This document shows, piece after piece, positions 1-12,090 of a DNA stretch of 64,000 nt (positions are counted from its first letter, which is position 1; the number at the start of each line of letters is the position of its first letter). Location of the stretch: contig OZ059897.1 in the NCBI GenBank assembly GCA_964057225.1, positions 12,648,001-12,712,000 of the forward strand, given 5' to 3'. The DNA comes from Auanema rhodensis (taxonomy: Eukaryota > Animalia > Nematoda). The translations under genes were made by a program, and so were the position numbers. The notes beneath the pieces were generated by a model. It ran no database searches. It was not told the origin of the DNA and saw only the letters and a list, made by a program, of their open reading frames with translations.

Positions 1-890
1 TTTTGTTGTGTTATTGTCTCATAATCTAATTTACTATAATTTCTCACCTCGATATTTGTTTTAGTAAGTTGTCATGTTCTTTGGCACAGATAAATATGTT
101 CCTTCAACACTCTACTTGTTTGAAACAAATGATCACTTCTGTATTATTGCTTTGATTTTTTGTTTTTTGTACCATTTCCAATTTCTTTATGAGCATTTCC
201 AATGTGATACTTGCAAGTTTTCGCACTGGCAAACAACATGAGGATATACTACAGAGAATGCGAATGGTGTTTTTATACATAATCTTATCTATGTACTCTT
301 CCTCTAGTGGGATGCCCAATTATATATTTCATTACATCTTACGTACATGTTAATAGTTATGTTGTAGAAAAGCTTGTGAAAACATTGCAATCTTCCTAAC
401 TCTTCCGAGAAAAGAAGAAAAACAGAAATTCTTGATAAATGTGACGAAGCTCTTGTTAATTCTTTTTAGACGATAACACATTGTTGCCTTCTCGTTAATA
501 AACAGTTTCAAGCATAATCTGATATATAAGCAAATGGTGAAGCTCTGTTGAATAATATCCAAAAAAAGAAAAATATAATATATTGAATTTGATTATTTTA
601 CAAAAAAACAATTTAAAGGTGAATTTGTTGTTAAATGATATCATTATAGTTATGTACATAAGTGTTTTAAAGTAATAGAGACAGAATATATATAACTATA
701 TACAAGAAAAAAACTTAAACCAAACACAGAAAGACATACAAAGACAACTGCAAAATAAATATTGGAGCAAAAAAAAATTAACAAGAAACAGAGTTATGCC
801 TTTAGTATGAGGTGTCAGTATAACATGTTTTTTAATAACATATTGACTCTTGGAGCATAATCTTAAAGAATAATAAGTTTTCTTATGTTT

Positions 891-3578
891 TTAAAGTGTT
901 CGAGCTCGAGGTTTTGTAGCATCAATATCGAGATCCATAGGTTCAGTAGTAGTAGTAGTAGTAGTAGTCTGTGATAACGTTCTCGGTCTTCCGTACAACA
1001 ATTCAGAATCATGTACAGTTGTTCTATCAAGATCATCAGCTCTGAAGAAAAAGCGATAAATAATCCTATTTCACGGTCTTCGTTTCCTCGTGATGAGGGT
1101 TTGATATTTTTAGTTTTTAAGAGAATGGAAGAACCAGAAGAAGGTAGTTATCAATGATCTGATAAGCATACCATATAGGATAAACAAATAAAGGAAGACA
1201 AATGAAAAAATAGTAAGATAAGGTGAAATGAAATAGCCTCTTTCCATGAAATGGACACGAAATTTACTATACGAAGTAGAGAATTTCAAAATGATAAGTA
1301 AATTAAATTTCAACTTCGCTTTCACTTTTATGACTCTGAATATTCATATAGTATCTCACACTTACTTATTTACTTCAATATTTTGATGCCGTTTGATGTG
1401 TTTCTCCAGCATAGCTGGTGATTTTGCAACATGTCTACAGAATTGGCATTTACGTGTTCCTAAATAAGATATGGAATTAGGTATCGAATTTCCGTAAATT
1501 GTTTTACCTTGATCAATAGTGGTTGGCAAAGCAATACCGTGTCTGTAGTACTTATGGAAATGAATGTAACGAGCTTCTCTTGTTGTGAATTGACAGCCAG
1601 CAATATCACATCTAAAATATAGTGTTATTTGAAAAGTTGTAAGCTTGAAAATATTACTTGATTGGTGGATTTCTGTGATAAATTGTAACGTGATAGGAGA
1701 CAGAGTTATATCTACCATATACTTTTTTGCATACTGTACATCTAAATCCTTGTTCAGTTTTCTCAATGTATTTTTTGTTTCGACACCATCCTAAGAAATC
1801 CGATTCATTTGCATTTTCTATGAAAAATATTTACCTTCGTTATCTGTGCTTGGAATGATCACGTCTCCCATATTGTCATATGGTTCATCAACGTCAGCCG
1901 AGTTCGAAGGCTTACGATCCCGTGATTTTTTCTTAGTGACTTTATCTTCAGCAACCATTTCAACTTGTTGAGCATGGCTCATGTTATTCAATGCCAAAAT
2001 CTGATTAAGCAACAAATAGTAAGCGGCGTATACTGTAGTCACATACCATTTGCCAATAAGCGTTCGGATTATATAATATATTCAAAATATTGGGGTTCAA
2101 CGGAAACAAATTTGTATTAATAGTCACTAAAAAATATTATGATTTAAATATATTTTCATATAATATACTTGGAGCAGGCTTTGGTATCTTCATTCTGTCG
2201 CGAAGATCGTTCATTTCTAACTCATCAGCTATGGAAGCCATCTAAAAGAATACGAATTGTTCAATATTATTAGAACAGAAGGGAATAAGGTTTGATGACC
2301 AAAAATTTAGATAACAACTCAAGATGGAATAGTTTAAATATGAAGAAGTTAAATATTTAATATTTCGTGCGGTATGATTCATTTTATCAATTGATTCAAA
2401 GATTTTCAAGTTATCAATTGCTTCGGTATAATAGAAAACAAACCTGTTCAATGGTACAATCTTGTAGATTCAAATCTCCTGTCAAAGTGTATTCAAATGC
2501 TTTACGTAGACAGGTATCACTATTAGCAGTACGGAGATTAAGATGTAAAATTCTTTTCTCCTGAAAATATTATTTTAGTTCAAGATAGATGAGTTTGAAT
2601 GCAGTGTATTATTAGATAAGTTAAATAAGTGGGAGCTAAATATATTCAAGATCTAGACAAGAAAGAGAAAGCTTAATTGATAGTGAACTGAAAGCATTGC
2701 CTAGAAAACTACTTATGTGCAAAAAAGTTAGGCAGAGCTATCTATACGTTACTTTCAACTGATAGCAGGATCCTTTTATGTATTCGGAAACGCCGGAAGT
2801 CACGTGAAGAGACACAGAGCCAAGCCAAGCCTCTCGAAATATTGGGAATACCCAATAGTATCATACTTTTGGAGGTCTTTTATCATGTTCTGATAAAGTT
2901 TGTTATTCCAAAAATAGAATCCGGACTCAAATAAAGGTGACTAACTTTCAGTAGGTGTTTTGCATAGAGAGGAATGTGAAGAGGAGTTGGAAATAGCTCC
3001 GGATGTCTTACTGAGACGAAGCCGAAACTTGTATAGACATTCTGCACTTTAAGAATTATTCAGGTTGTGAACATTATGATATCAAACGCAATCAGAAACT
3101 TCTAGAGTCATTCAATCGTTTGTCATTATGTGTTCGTTGATTCTTTATGGATTTCTGACTGATGCCACTATGTAGTACAAAGTTTCATACAAAAGTTTTA
3201 CGAAAAAGTAAATAGTACTACGTATCTTCTTAAAGTTCTTTAAAACTTTAATTCAGAAAGAATAATCAAATGATTAATCATAATAATATGATCATTAAAT
3301 CAAGCTATTTGAAAAAGAAGTGCTAATCTCGAAGTTTCAATGAGCATGACAAATGTAAAATTGTTATCTTACTCCCGATTTCTCAACTCTTGAATGAGTA
3401 TATCATTATTTTTTATTACCTGAAAATCTTTTGTGTTCATCATAGCATTGAGAACGTTGCTACATTTCCTAGCAATCAACTCATAGGCTGGCAGAGGGCA
3501 AGCAGCTGGAGAACTAAATAGCCAGCAATCTGGAGAAAGAGATGGCAATGTTGAAAAAAGTGAAGTAGGTGATGTCAT
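891..3578 (-). CDS. Degenerate BTB/POZ + three C2H2 zinc-finger transcription factor (fingers resemble nematode ZTF-2/ZTF-28), about 358 aa
   Basis: Nine exons with GT-AG introns and consistent phases: 3578-3420, 2560-2444, 2241-2169, 2126-2047, 2000-1835, 1790-1658, 1611-1508, 1459-1366, 1041-891. TTTCAG lies directly before the ATG. Fingers: CTVCKKVYGRYNSVSYHVTIYH, CDIAGCQFTTREARYIHFHKYYRH, CQFCRHVAKSPAMLEKHIKRH. The N-terminal DCWLFSS..LPAYELIARKCSNVLNAMM..LRKAFEYTLTGDLNL..EQMASIADELEMNDL follows the BTB pattern. The ztf-2 resemblance is from memory. Confidence 0.85.
945..968. repeat. (AGT)8 trinucleotide repeat; encodes Thr8 in the last exon of the zinc-finger gene
   Basis: Directly visible tandem repeat; reads ACT x8 in frame on the minus strand. 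Confidence 0.9.
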
Positions 3579-6500
3579 CTGAAATATTCGTAGATTAGAC
3601 CTTACATGGGAAAGGCTTGGAAGAATAAGAACATTATTTTATCATTGAAGTAATTGACAAACAACTGAACTATCTATATAGTTAGTATTTAGCTTGGAGA
3701 AAATCAAATATTTAAGTGAAGGGTAAATTTGTTATAATAATACTTTATATCATCCTTTCAAGGAAATAATCAGATATTTTCCTCAACCTTCGAGACGGAG
3801 AAAAAAAATAATGGTTGGGATACGGTAACTGTGTGGTAAATAGACATATGGGTTACGGTAACATGGAAGTAACAATGGTGAACAATTTCAAGTACTCGTG
3901 AAAATAATTTTCAATGTTAGAAGGTTACTCTGCTCATCATTATTAATATGTTTTCAATGCTGCACTTCTCGACAACGTTGATAAGGTTTTTAACGGCGAC
4001 TAGGAAAGCGGTGAATTAACTTTTGAATTCTTTGCATCACTAGAAGTGCAATTTAACTTTCAAAAAAGGCGGAAAATTTAATAGAATATGCTGAATCATA
4101 ATTGTTCCGGCTTTCACTGATACTATTTCACCTTATCTTCGAATTGTTCTGGAAAAAATGTTTGGCACTGAAAAAAATTATTGAAAATTTTCATTATCTA
4201 TGTTGGTGATGACAACAGATAATTTCACCTTCAGCATTGCTATGTCCTCCTCCCTCTTTCATTCGTTCTCCTTTTCTCTCGTTATCTCTTAACATTTTCG
4301 CTCTTTCTTTCATTCTTTTTTTAATCTCTCTTTCCCTCTCTCTACGGTTGATATCATCTCTCGGAACACTTAGATCTCAGACGTGATGTCATTATCATTT
4401 ATCAAAGGAATGTAAGCATCCGAACACAAACCTAAACTATATGCCATGTGACAAGCATAACGAATAAATAACTTCACAAAAGAGTGTGAAGTCATGGAAT
4501 AACGAAGCATTTTCTCTATAACCCTACTTTTGTCATTAAAATGATGGGTCAAAGACAAGACATACATATATTACCAATAGAAAGAATTACATAAGCCTTT
4601 GCAAATCATGATAAAAGTAACAAAAGGAGTAATGAAATAAATGGTGGGCTGCAGAAAAGCATAATCAGTAGAAGAAAATAACAAAATTTGAGTAGTATAG
4701 ACCATCTTGCACAGATATGTGGGAAGAAATAATCTGGACAATTTTTGATTAAGCAAACTGAAACTTGCTATCTATTAATGTTAATAAACAGAAACTGTAA
4801 ACAGTATTAGGAAACGAAAATAAGATAGTTACAAAGGATTATTGTTTGATTTTCCTTTAGATATTAAAAATTTCATACTATCACTTAGCTTAAGCTGCTT
4901 ACACAAGTTGTAGAAAGAATGAGCATTACGGTCAAGAAAGAGCCTGGCCCGCCTCATAAAGAATGATTCATTTGCAATTTCCAATGCGTGTGCCTATTTA
5001 ACATCCGTTTACGACTATCGTGGCTTTGTTTGAACTCTATAAGCTTCTTCCTGGAGTTATCCACATGTTTTACGAGGTTCCTATATATAGACAACAAAAT
5101 TCTTTGTATGATAGCTTCATGCTCATATAAGAAAATTTCCGTTTAGAATACGGTACCATGCAGCTAGTCATTATTTGGAATAAGTCAAACGTATGAATTT
5201 CATGATATTCTTACATAGGGGATGCAAATCAATGAAATTCACGAGTGATATCTATTATGAAATTTCTTATCTTTTTTTCACTAAAATTCGAGCTTTAAAC
5301 AATCAATAAACATTTTGCCCAGAAATAACGATGAAATCTTTCGAAGCATGACAATGTTTTTGGGCAAATATTCTGGAGCTCTCCATAAAACTATGAAGGA
5401 AATCTCGAGGCAAGACATGTCAATAACAGAAATCATTAGAAGAACAATCACAGTATATTTGAATGATCAAGAACTATGAGTATTCTGTGCGTAGGCGATT
5501 TTATGAATACACTCAGCAAAACACGCAACGAATAAAAAGTGAAGATAATATTAGAAGGGCGAATCGAGGAAGGTTCTGTCTAACTTACTATTTGTACATA
5601 TAGTATAATATGCCTTAAATGATAACTAGGTCATCATATCAGTGATGCTTTATTATTTCTTTTATCACTCATCAGTGCTTCACATGCCTTATTTAGAATT
5701 GAGTATTATATTCGTGTGGAGGTCAGAAAAGGTCAAACCATATCATTAATATCATGCTTCTTATGCCGACTTATTAGACAAGCATAGTTAATATCCTACG
5801 ACTTAGTGGTTTTATATACATGGGTGTATTGAAATTAAAGAAATGAGTATTTGTAATTTTCTGGTCATTTGGTTCTGATTTTTTAAAACGAGGGATGTAA
5901 ATGAATACGATTTTCATCATCAGTTTTAGATAAGATTTGCGGTATTAAATGTTTTCAGATTAACAAAATAATGGTTTGTAGTTTACTCTCATTTCTCTCT
6001 GACTTTGATTCAACTACGCATGGCATTTCCTGTCACAAAATGAATAATTTGCTCGTTCTGTATCTACAAAATATCAGAATATTGCGAATCAAACGTGGGA
6101 AACCGTGGTAGTTATTATATATTTGCCATGTTTTTATTGAATTATTTTATTAATCGATTAGATGCTGTGATATTCGGTTCAGAAGCTATACAGCTTCGAA
6201 GATACGATTTCTAGCGCATTTCTTCATATCTTCTGGTTGTTTGTCGCTTCATTATTAGTTTTAATATGATCCTGTATTTCTTGTGTTTTTATATGTCATG
6301 ATCAATGTCTGCTAACTACACTTAACGACAGTACTTCTTACGAATCATTGTTATTATTACCGCAAAATTATTTTCTACTGTGAACTTTGTCATTGTCAGT
6401 TTAACAGTAATACAGTTGTATTACTATCAAAAAAATATCTGAAGATGGGAGATGGGGTCAAAACACTTTGTTTATCCTTTTCTAATTTCACATTTTTCTG

Positions 6501-8126
6501 ACGTTTGTTTAAAATCTTGCACTGCAAACTTCTAACTAAAATATTTTTATTTGATCAAGTTAATATAAACGGAAATAAATAAACAATCATGTTTTGTGCT
6601 AGTTATTTTTGAAATAATGTTCAACTGCATTATTGACCATGAGAAGTTTATACATTCTGTTTATTACAAGCTTACAGAAAATAAACTGTAACAAAACAAT
6701 TTGAACCTTATTTCGAGCTGTATTTCATGAAATTCCTCATTTCAGCTTGATTTTGTATATATCACATGAGCCCATATCATAAGCCATTGTCAAAGCCATT
6801 GATAAAATTTATGGCAAATGACTTTCAACAAAATTCTTAGCGTCTGTAGCAGATAGCAATCAATATTGTCCTTTCATGACTAATTAACCTGTTTTGTGTA
6901 TTCAATTAGGGTTTCTATAAGCGTTTCTATTTCTATCTTCGCTACATCTTTTACAGAAAGATCATTCGGACTGAATTTCTACGAAAGTCTATCATAGCAG
7001 ATAGCACGTTCTCGCACACTCATGAATTTGTGAGAATTTAATAAGCGAATAATATTAGTTTATGCTATAGTGACATATATTGATTGAATCCTTAAAATTT
7101 GACCGGTCAGAGCCGGTTTAGGCTGTTATGTAAGTTTCTTTACACTGTTGATCCATCTAAAATGTTGCATTGTATTCTTGTTTGACGTGCTAATACTAAA
7201 TGTTCATATTCCCCTTGTAATGTTAGTTATACGTGCCTGCCTAATTGACTACGTTATGAGGTCTTTTTTTGCTTATCTTGAGATGAAAATCGCTATCTAT
7301 AACCCTTAGGCGTTCCTTTTTTACTGATTTGTTTAGTACACGATGGCATATTCATAACTTTTTATTATTCTACTTTTCTATATTCATGTAATTTTCTCAA
7401 TTATGTTTCTTGATATCATCACATTTGCCCTATCATTTAAGATAAACCATCTAGTTGAAGTAACGGTGAAAGCATCGCTAAAATACGACAGTTTTGCTAC
7501 ACATCAAGTGTCTTTTTGTTACATCATTTTTATACGACAAATATCGATTTACATTCAAGTTACGCCACAAGATTCGAATGTTATTATCATTTTAAAAATA
7601 ATTTTAACCAAGCACATGACGATATGCGCCAAGTTGACTTCTCATAAATTTCGCAAATGTTCATTACGACCTAATAAATAAATTAAATTAACTAAAAATA
7701 TGCCAAAATTAAACAATTATCAGTAATTAAAGCTTTGTATGGATTTGTAATATTATGATTAATATAAATAATTTTATAAAATAAAACATATTAGCAATCA
7801 TGCAGAAGTAAGGCTGTATATACATATAATATATATCTCGTGGAACCGGTCGTGCGATCGATAGCAGCGCTGCCCGATATTTCATCTGTCCCACACACAT
7901 TGTGAGTAGCGTCCATTGATTGAATCAAATGTATTAATTATCTACTTTCTTATCTTTGCTGTTTTACTTTGTCACCTTATAATTCTGTTGCTACTATAAA
8001 ATTTATTCTTAAAAAAATTTAAATTGTTCTTTATATTTTGTATTGTTTTTTATATTTTCATATTACTGCATTTATAGCTTTTATTTCAAAAAATGGCGTC
8101 CTTTCAGTAAATGCCTACGAAGTGTA

Positions 8127-11100
8127 ATGGCTGACAGGCGTAAATTTTCCATTTCGTCTATGTTTCATCTGCGGAGAATACCGCCTAATAAAGAAAAAAC
8201 CCAAGAAAGTAATACCCAGGGAACACTCATCCTGTATGCATCTTTTAAAAAAATGTTTCGTGTTTTATATTTATCATTTAGTTTGGACAACTTCGTAAAA
8301 TTTGGCAGAAATCCAGACTTATGCCATGTATTACTCACATCTTCCATCAGGTATGTATATAAGACATCTAGAAAAGAAATGCGATATAGTGAAATGGCGT
8401 ACCGGTTATTCTGACATTTCTGATCCTACTGAATCACATAGAGCCGGAATAATTTTTAGGTCGCCCTTTTAAAAAGAAAATATTTCAATTTTGTAATAAA
8501 TTTCTTTTTCTATGTTTATATTTGAATCAGTTTGTTTTTTTATGCAGAAATTTCGCGTCAACATAACCCCTCATTCTGTTCCAATTGCATTAATTTGAGC
8601 TCCTATATTTTAATATTATTGTTAACCTATTAGGTTTTAAAAATCACAGACATGTTTTAGATTTTCAACCTTATTTTAAAAAGCTATTTAAACTTAATAT
8701 TGTTGTATATTCCCATTTTCACATCATATTTTTTAAGCTCTTCTAACATGATTTCGCGTGATCATGCTGAAATAATTGGAGTTTGTAATAATGGCTCGAT
8801 TGAAAAATATCTTATAACTGATCATTCCTTGAATGGTACTTACATTAACGACTATCGGGTAATATTTTAATTGCTTCAAATATGTATATTAAACTTCGAT
8901 TTTAGGCGAAAAGCCGTACGCCTACGATAATAAAAGAAGGAGATATTATCAAGTTTGGGCATATGAACGGTGCTTCGATCAAAGAATTGCAGCGAGCTCC
9001 TCAAGTGCGAATCATTCCAGCATTCAAATCTGATTTAATTTTTTTAGGCTAACGCTGAATTCGCCTTTGTCGTTGAAAAGGCAAGCTCGAATATAACTTA
9101 TTCAGGATTTCGTGATGGACTTCGTATGAAAACTCTTATTTGTCATGGAGATGTGATGAATTGTATGGAAGGGGAAACTATAACTGAAAAAAAAGTAAGA
9201 TTTGATTAATTTATAATAATTATTGTTCAACTTTAGCGGGCGAAAGATTTTTCACCTCGTGTTGCAACTGCTAGTCCGATGCAGGTATTATTGTTTCATT
9301 TGTTTTTTTGTATGATTTTGTTCTCAATTCAGATAGCTTCGCCTTCTGGTGCTCCATCTACGTCATCCACTTCAACAACATCAAACCATTCGTCTCCAAT
9401 GTTTCCAATTCCATCATCTTCGTCCTCCACAACTCCAGAAGCTTTATTGGTTAGAACTATATGATTTTTACTAATATAACTATTTATTTAGAAGGGTTCT
9501 TGGGGAATATCGCCTATGGTTAATGTAGGCAATTTGCGAGGAAGCCCATTATTCAATGCAGCATTAGCCTCTAAAGTTGCTCTTACCCCCCAATCCGCCG
9601 TGAATACTTATGTTTTTAATAGAGGAATGATTTCTTCGGTATGTGACATCATTTTATTTATATTGATATTTTATAATGTACTTCAGGGAATTCTAAATTC
9701 CACTGTACCAGCAGTCGCTGTTCCTCCAATGAATCACGGAGTGACGAATAAGGCTAATTCTATAACTGGAAATGCTCTTATTACTCCAAATTCACCTCAA
9801 AACTGTAGGATTGAAACTAAAGATGTAAGGTTTATTTTATAGAGTCAATTATTTTTTTATTTTCTTTAGTCACCTTTCAATGGAAATGTAGTTAAAGTTA
9901 ATCATAGTGCCATGATGAAGGAGAAACCATCAGCAATTGTTAAACCTTCCCCTACTACTTCTCCCAACACCCCTCCTCCTAATACTAACCGTGCATCAGC
10001 TTCCATGACTTCTTCATCGTCTTCCTCTTCATCTTCCTCATCATCTGGGGTTCCAAGATTAACTTCGGTCGAAAGGCCTCCACTGTTTAAATCCAGAAGT
10101 AAAGGTATGTGTGTGCCCTTCTTCAATTAGCTTTTTTTTTAGTTTTAGAAGACAAAAAAGAAACAGTCACTAAAGGAACACCTCCGATCTCCAAGGAAAC
10201 AAAAAATAAGGAGTCATCATCTGGGAAGAAGACCTCTGAGTCACTTTCGTCAGAAGTTAAATTGAAAATGCACGATAAAATTCTTGATCGTAATGAGAAA
10301 CATCCAGAACCAGAAAAGAAATTTAGGAAGAATAATGAAGTAATTTATTCTTAGTACATTGATTGCATTAAGTGTATTCTTCATTTCAGTTAGCAGGCTT
10401 GTTAGATGATCTTACTGAAAGTTCCTGGGTGAATCAAGTCAAACGTGTTCCAAGTGGTAATAGGCGACCTATTGTGGAGAATGATTCAGACAAGAAATCA
10501 AAGAAAGATAAAAAACAGGCAAGTTAATATGATTTTTTATTTATTTTAATTCATTTTTAGAAGGATAAAAAGCGTTCATCCAAGCCCGAAAGTAGCACTG
10601 TTGCCAGTACCTCAAATACGACCACCAAAAAGCCTGCATCTGCTAATCCAACTACTTCAAGCAGTTCCAACGGTCGAATTCCAGGCAGAAGGAGACTAAA
10701 GCAACTGAGTGATGAAGAATCTATAAGCAGTGATGACAGTGATGAAGAAACTGTTCACAAGAAAGATCACGGGGTAATAGTTTAACAGGCGCTTTTCTTA
10801 ATATGACCTTTATCTATTACAGAAGAGAAAGAAGCCCAAATCAGGTTCAAGTTCTGATGAAGAAGAAATAGATGATACTCCAGCTAAGAAGCAAAAACGA
10901 AAGTCTCAAGTGCCTAAAGAACCTGCAAAAAGTCGTAATGTAACTAGAAAACCTAAAAAATCAAGGGCTAAGGTAGATTCGTTATTGATTTTTCATGCTC
11001 CAATATGAGGTTTTAGCCGTCCACAAGCACGTACACGTACTCGGCTCAAGCAGAAATCGATGATAATGGTGATCCCGTGGTTACGCACGATCCAGAAGCT

Positions 11101-11335
11101 AATTGTGGTTTAAATCATAAATGTCTTCATCCCCAAGATCTCGAGGTTGTCTGGGTAATTCATTTAGTTAGTATGCGTTTAAATTTCGAGGTTTTTATTT
11201 TAGATTTGTTGTGACGACTGTAACACGTGGTATCATTCTATATGCATATTAGGTCGTGATGAGGTTAACGCTGATGAGGCTTTCTTCTGCGGTTGTTCAA
11301 CATCTGATGGAAAACCTAGAGAAAAGAAAAAATAA
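8127..11335 (+). CDS. FHA-domain + C-terminal PHD-finger nuclear protein (TCF19-like architecture) with a Ser/Pro- and Lys-rich linker
   Basis: Spliced model gives FHA motifs KFGRN...ISRDHAEI...DHSLNGTYIND...GDIIKFG. The C-terminal PHD reads NCGLNHKCLHPQ..WICCDDCNTWYHSICI..FFCGC. Stop TAA at 11333-11335. Unpaired CTTTCAG acceptor at 8101-8107. All introns are phase-consistent; one (10519-10560) is GC-AG. Confidence 0.88.
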
Positions 11336-11831
11336 ACTTAAAGAATATGATAAATATGTAAAATCATATTTAGATATCTAGATTTCCCGGTTGCCGATTT
11401 TATTTTTATCTTCTTAGTTGCTCAGTTTTAGAGATATCGGTTACTATTTCATTTCAAACTAACTTTTCGATTAGATTATTAAGTCGCATGATCTTTATAT
11501 GTGCATTTGTTTGTTAAAGTTAAAGCATCAAATTTTCCAAAAATGGTGAAATGCTACGGGTCCGCCATATTAATCAAATCAGCCAGTCAAGCACTTATTA
11601 TTATTTTGTTATAATTATTATGTTACTGTATATTTTTTCATCACTCATATTGTTTGTAATTTCGAATTTATTCGATTAAAAGGTCTCATCCTGCCCCGTG
11701 CAACACTCCAGTTATGTCACTCCTAATGTAGTAGATTTCTTTTAGCTTATCGTTAACAGCGTTTTGTAATAATAAATAAATATTTAATTGTCGAGATTCT
11801 ACATCTTTGATCAATTTTTAGACTAGATCTT

Positions 11832-12090
11832 GTGACTAGGGTGTGGAGGCAGTGTGTCTCAGCCGAGTCAGACAGGAAGAGGCGCGGCCGGTTCATCAAA
11901 GGACCTGAAGCAAACGCTTTCAGCTGTATTCTCTTTTTTTGTCAATCTTCCTAAAATTCTCTCAATCTTCTCCGTTCTTGGTATGTTAGCTCTATCGTCT
12001 CTTTGGACTACCTCAATAGACAAATAGAACTCCTTGATGGACAACAAGTCCCCACAAGGGTACACACAGACATGTCTCCTGGCTAGCCAC
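11832..12090. ncRNA. Candidate structured non-coding RNA or MITE-like relic, family unassigned
   Basis: Intergenic island, more GC-rich than its flanks, with paired termini and several internal hairpins (see findings). Confidence 0.35.

Noticed and set aside
104-562. Two minus-strand ORFs (71 and 70 aa)
   Set aside because: TTG starts, no recognisable motif and no consistent splice sites; probably UTR or intergenic.
1303-1335. Alternative last exon (VIKSESEVEI*) for the zinc-finger gene
   Set aside because: In phase, but it needs a 30-nt intron, shorter than any well-supported intron here; the 1041 acceptor gives a better model.
5408-5430. AGGCAAGA miR-72/miR-31-like seed
   Set aside because: No compact pre-miRNA fold-back, and the 3' part does not match.
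8374-8432. Possible C/D snoRNA in FHA-PHD intron 2 (AGAAATG/CATTTCT stem around CTGA)
   Set aside because: No C box, and too short.
11678-11832. RNase P-like pieces AAAGGTCT and TCAATTTTTAGACTA
   Set aside because: The intervening sequence is AT-rich 3'UTR with poly(A) signals and cannot supply the other conserved regions.
11847-11870. AGGCAGTGTG, identical to the recalled 5' end of miR-34
   Set aside because: No adjacent star arm or hairpin; the remainder diverges.
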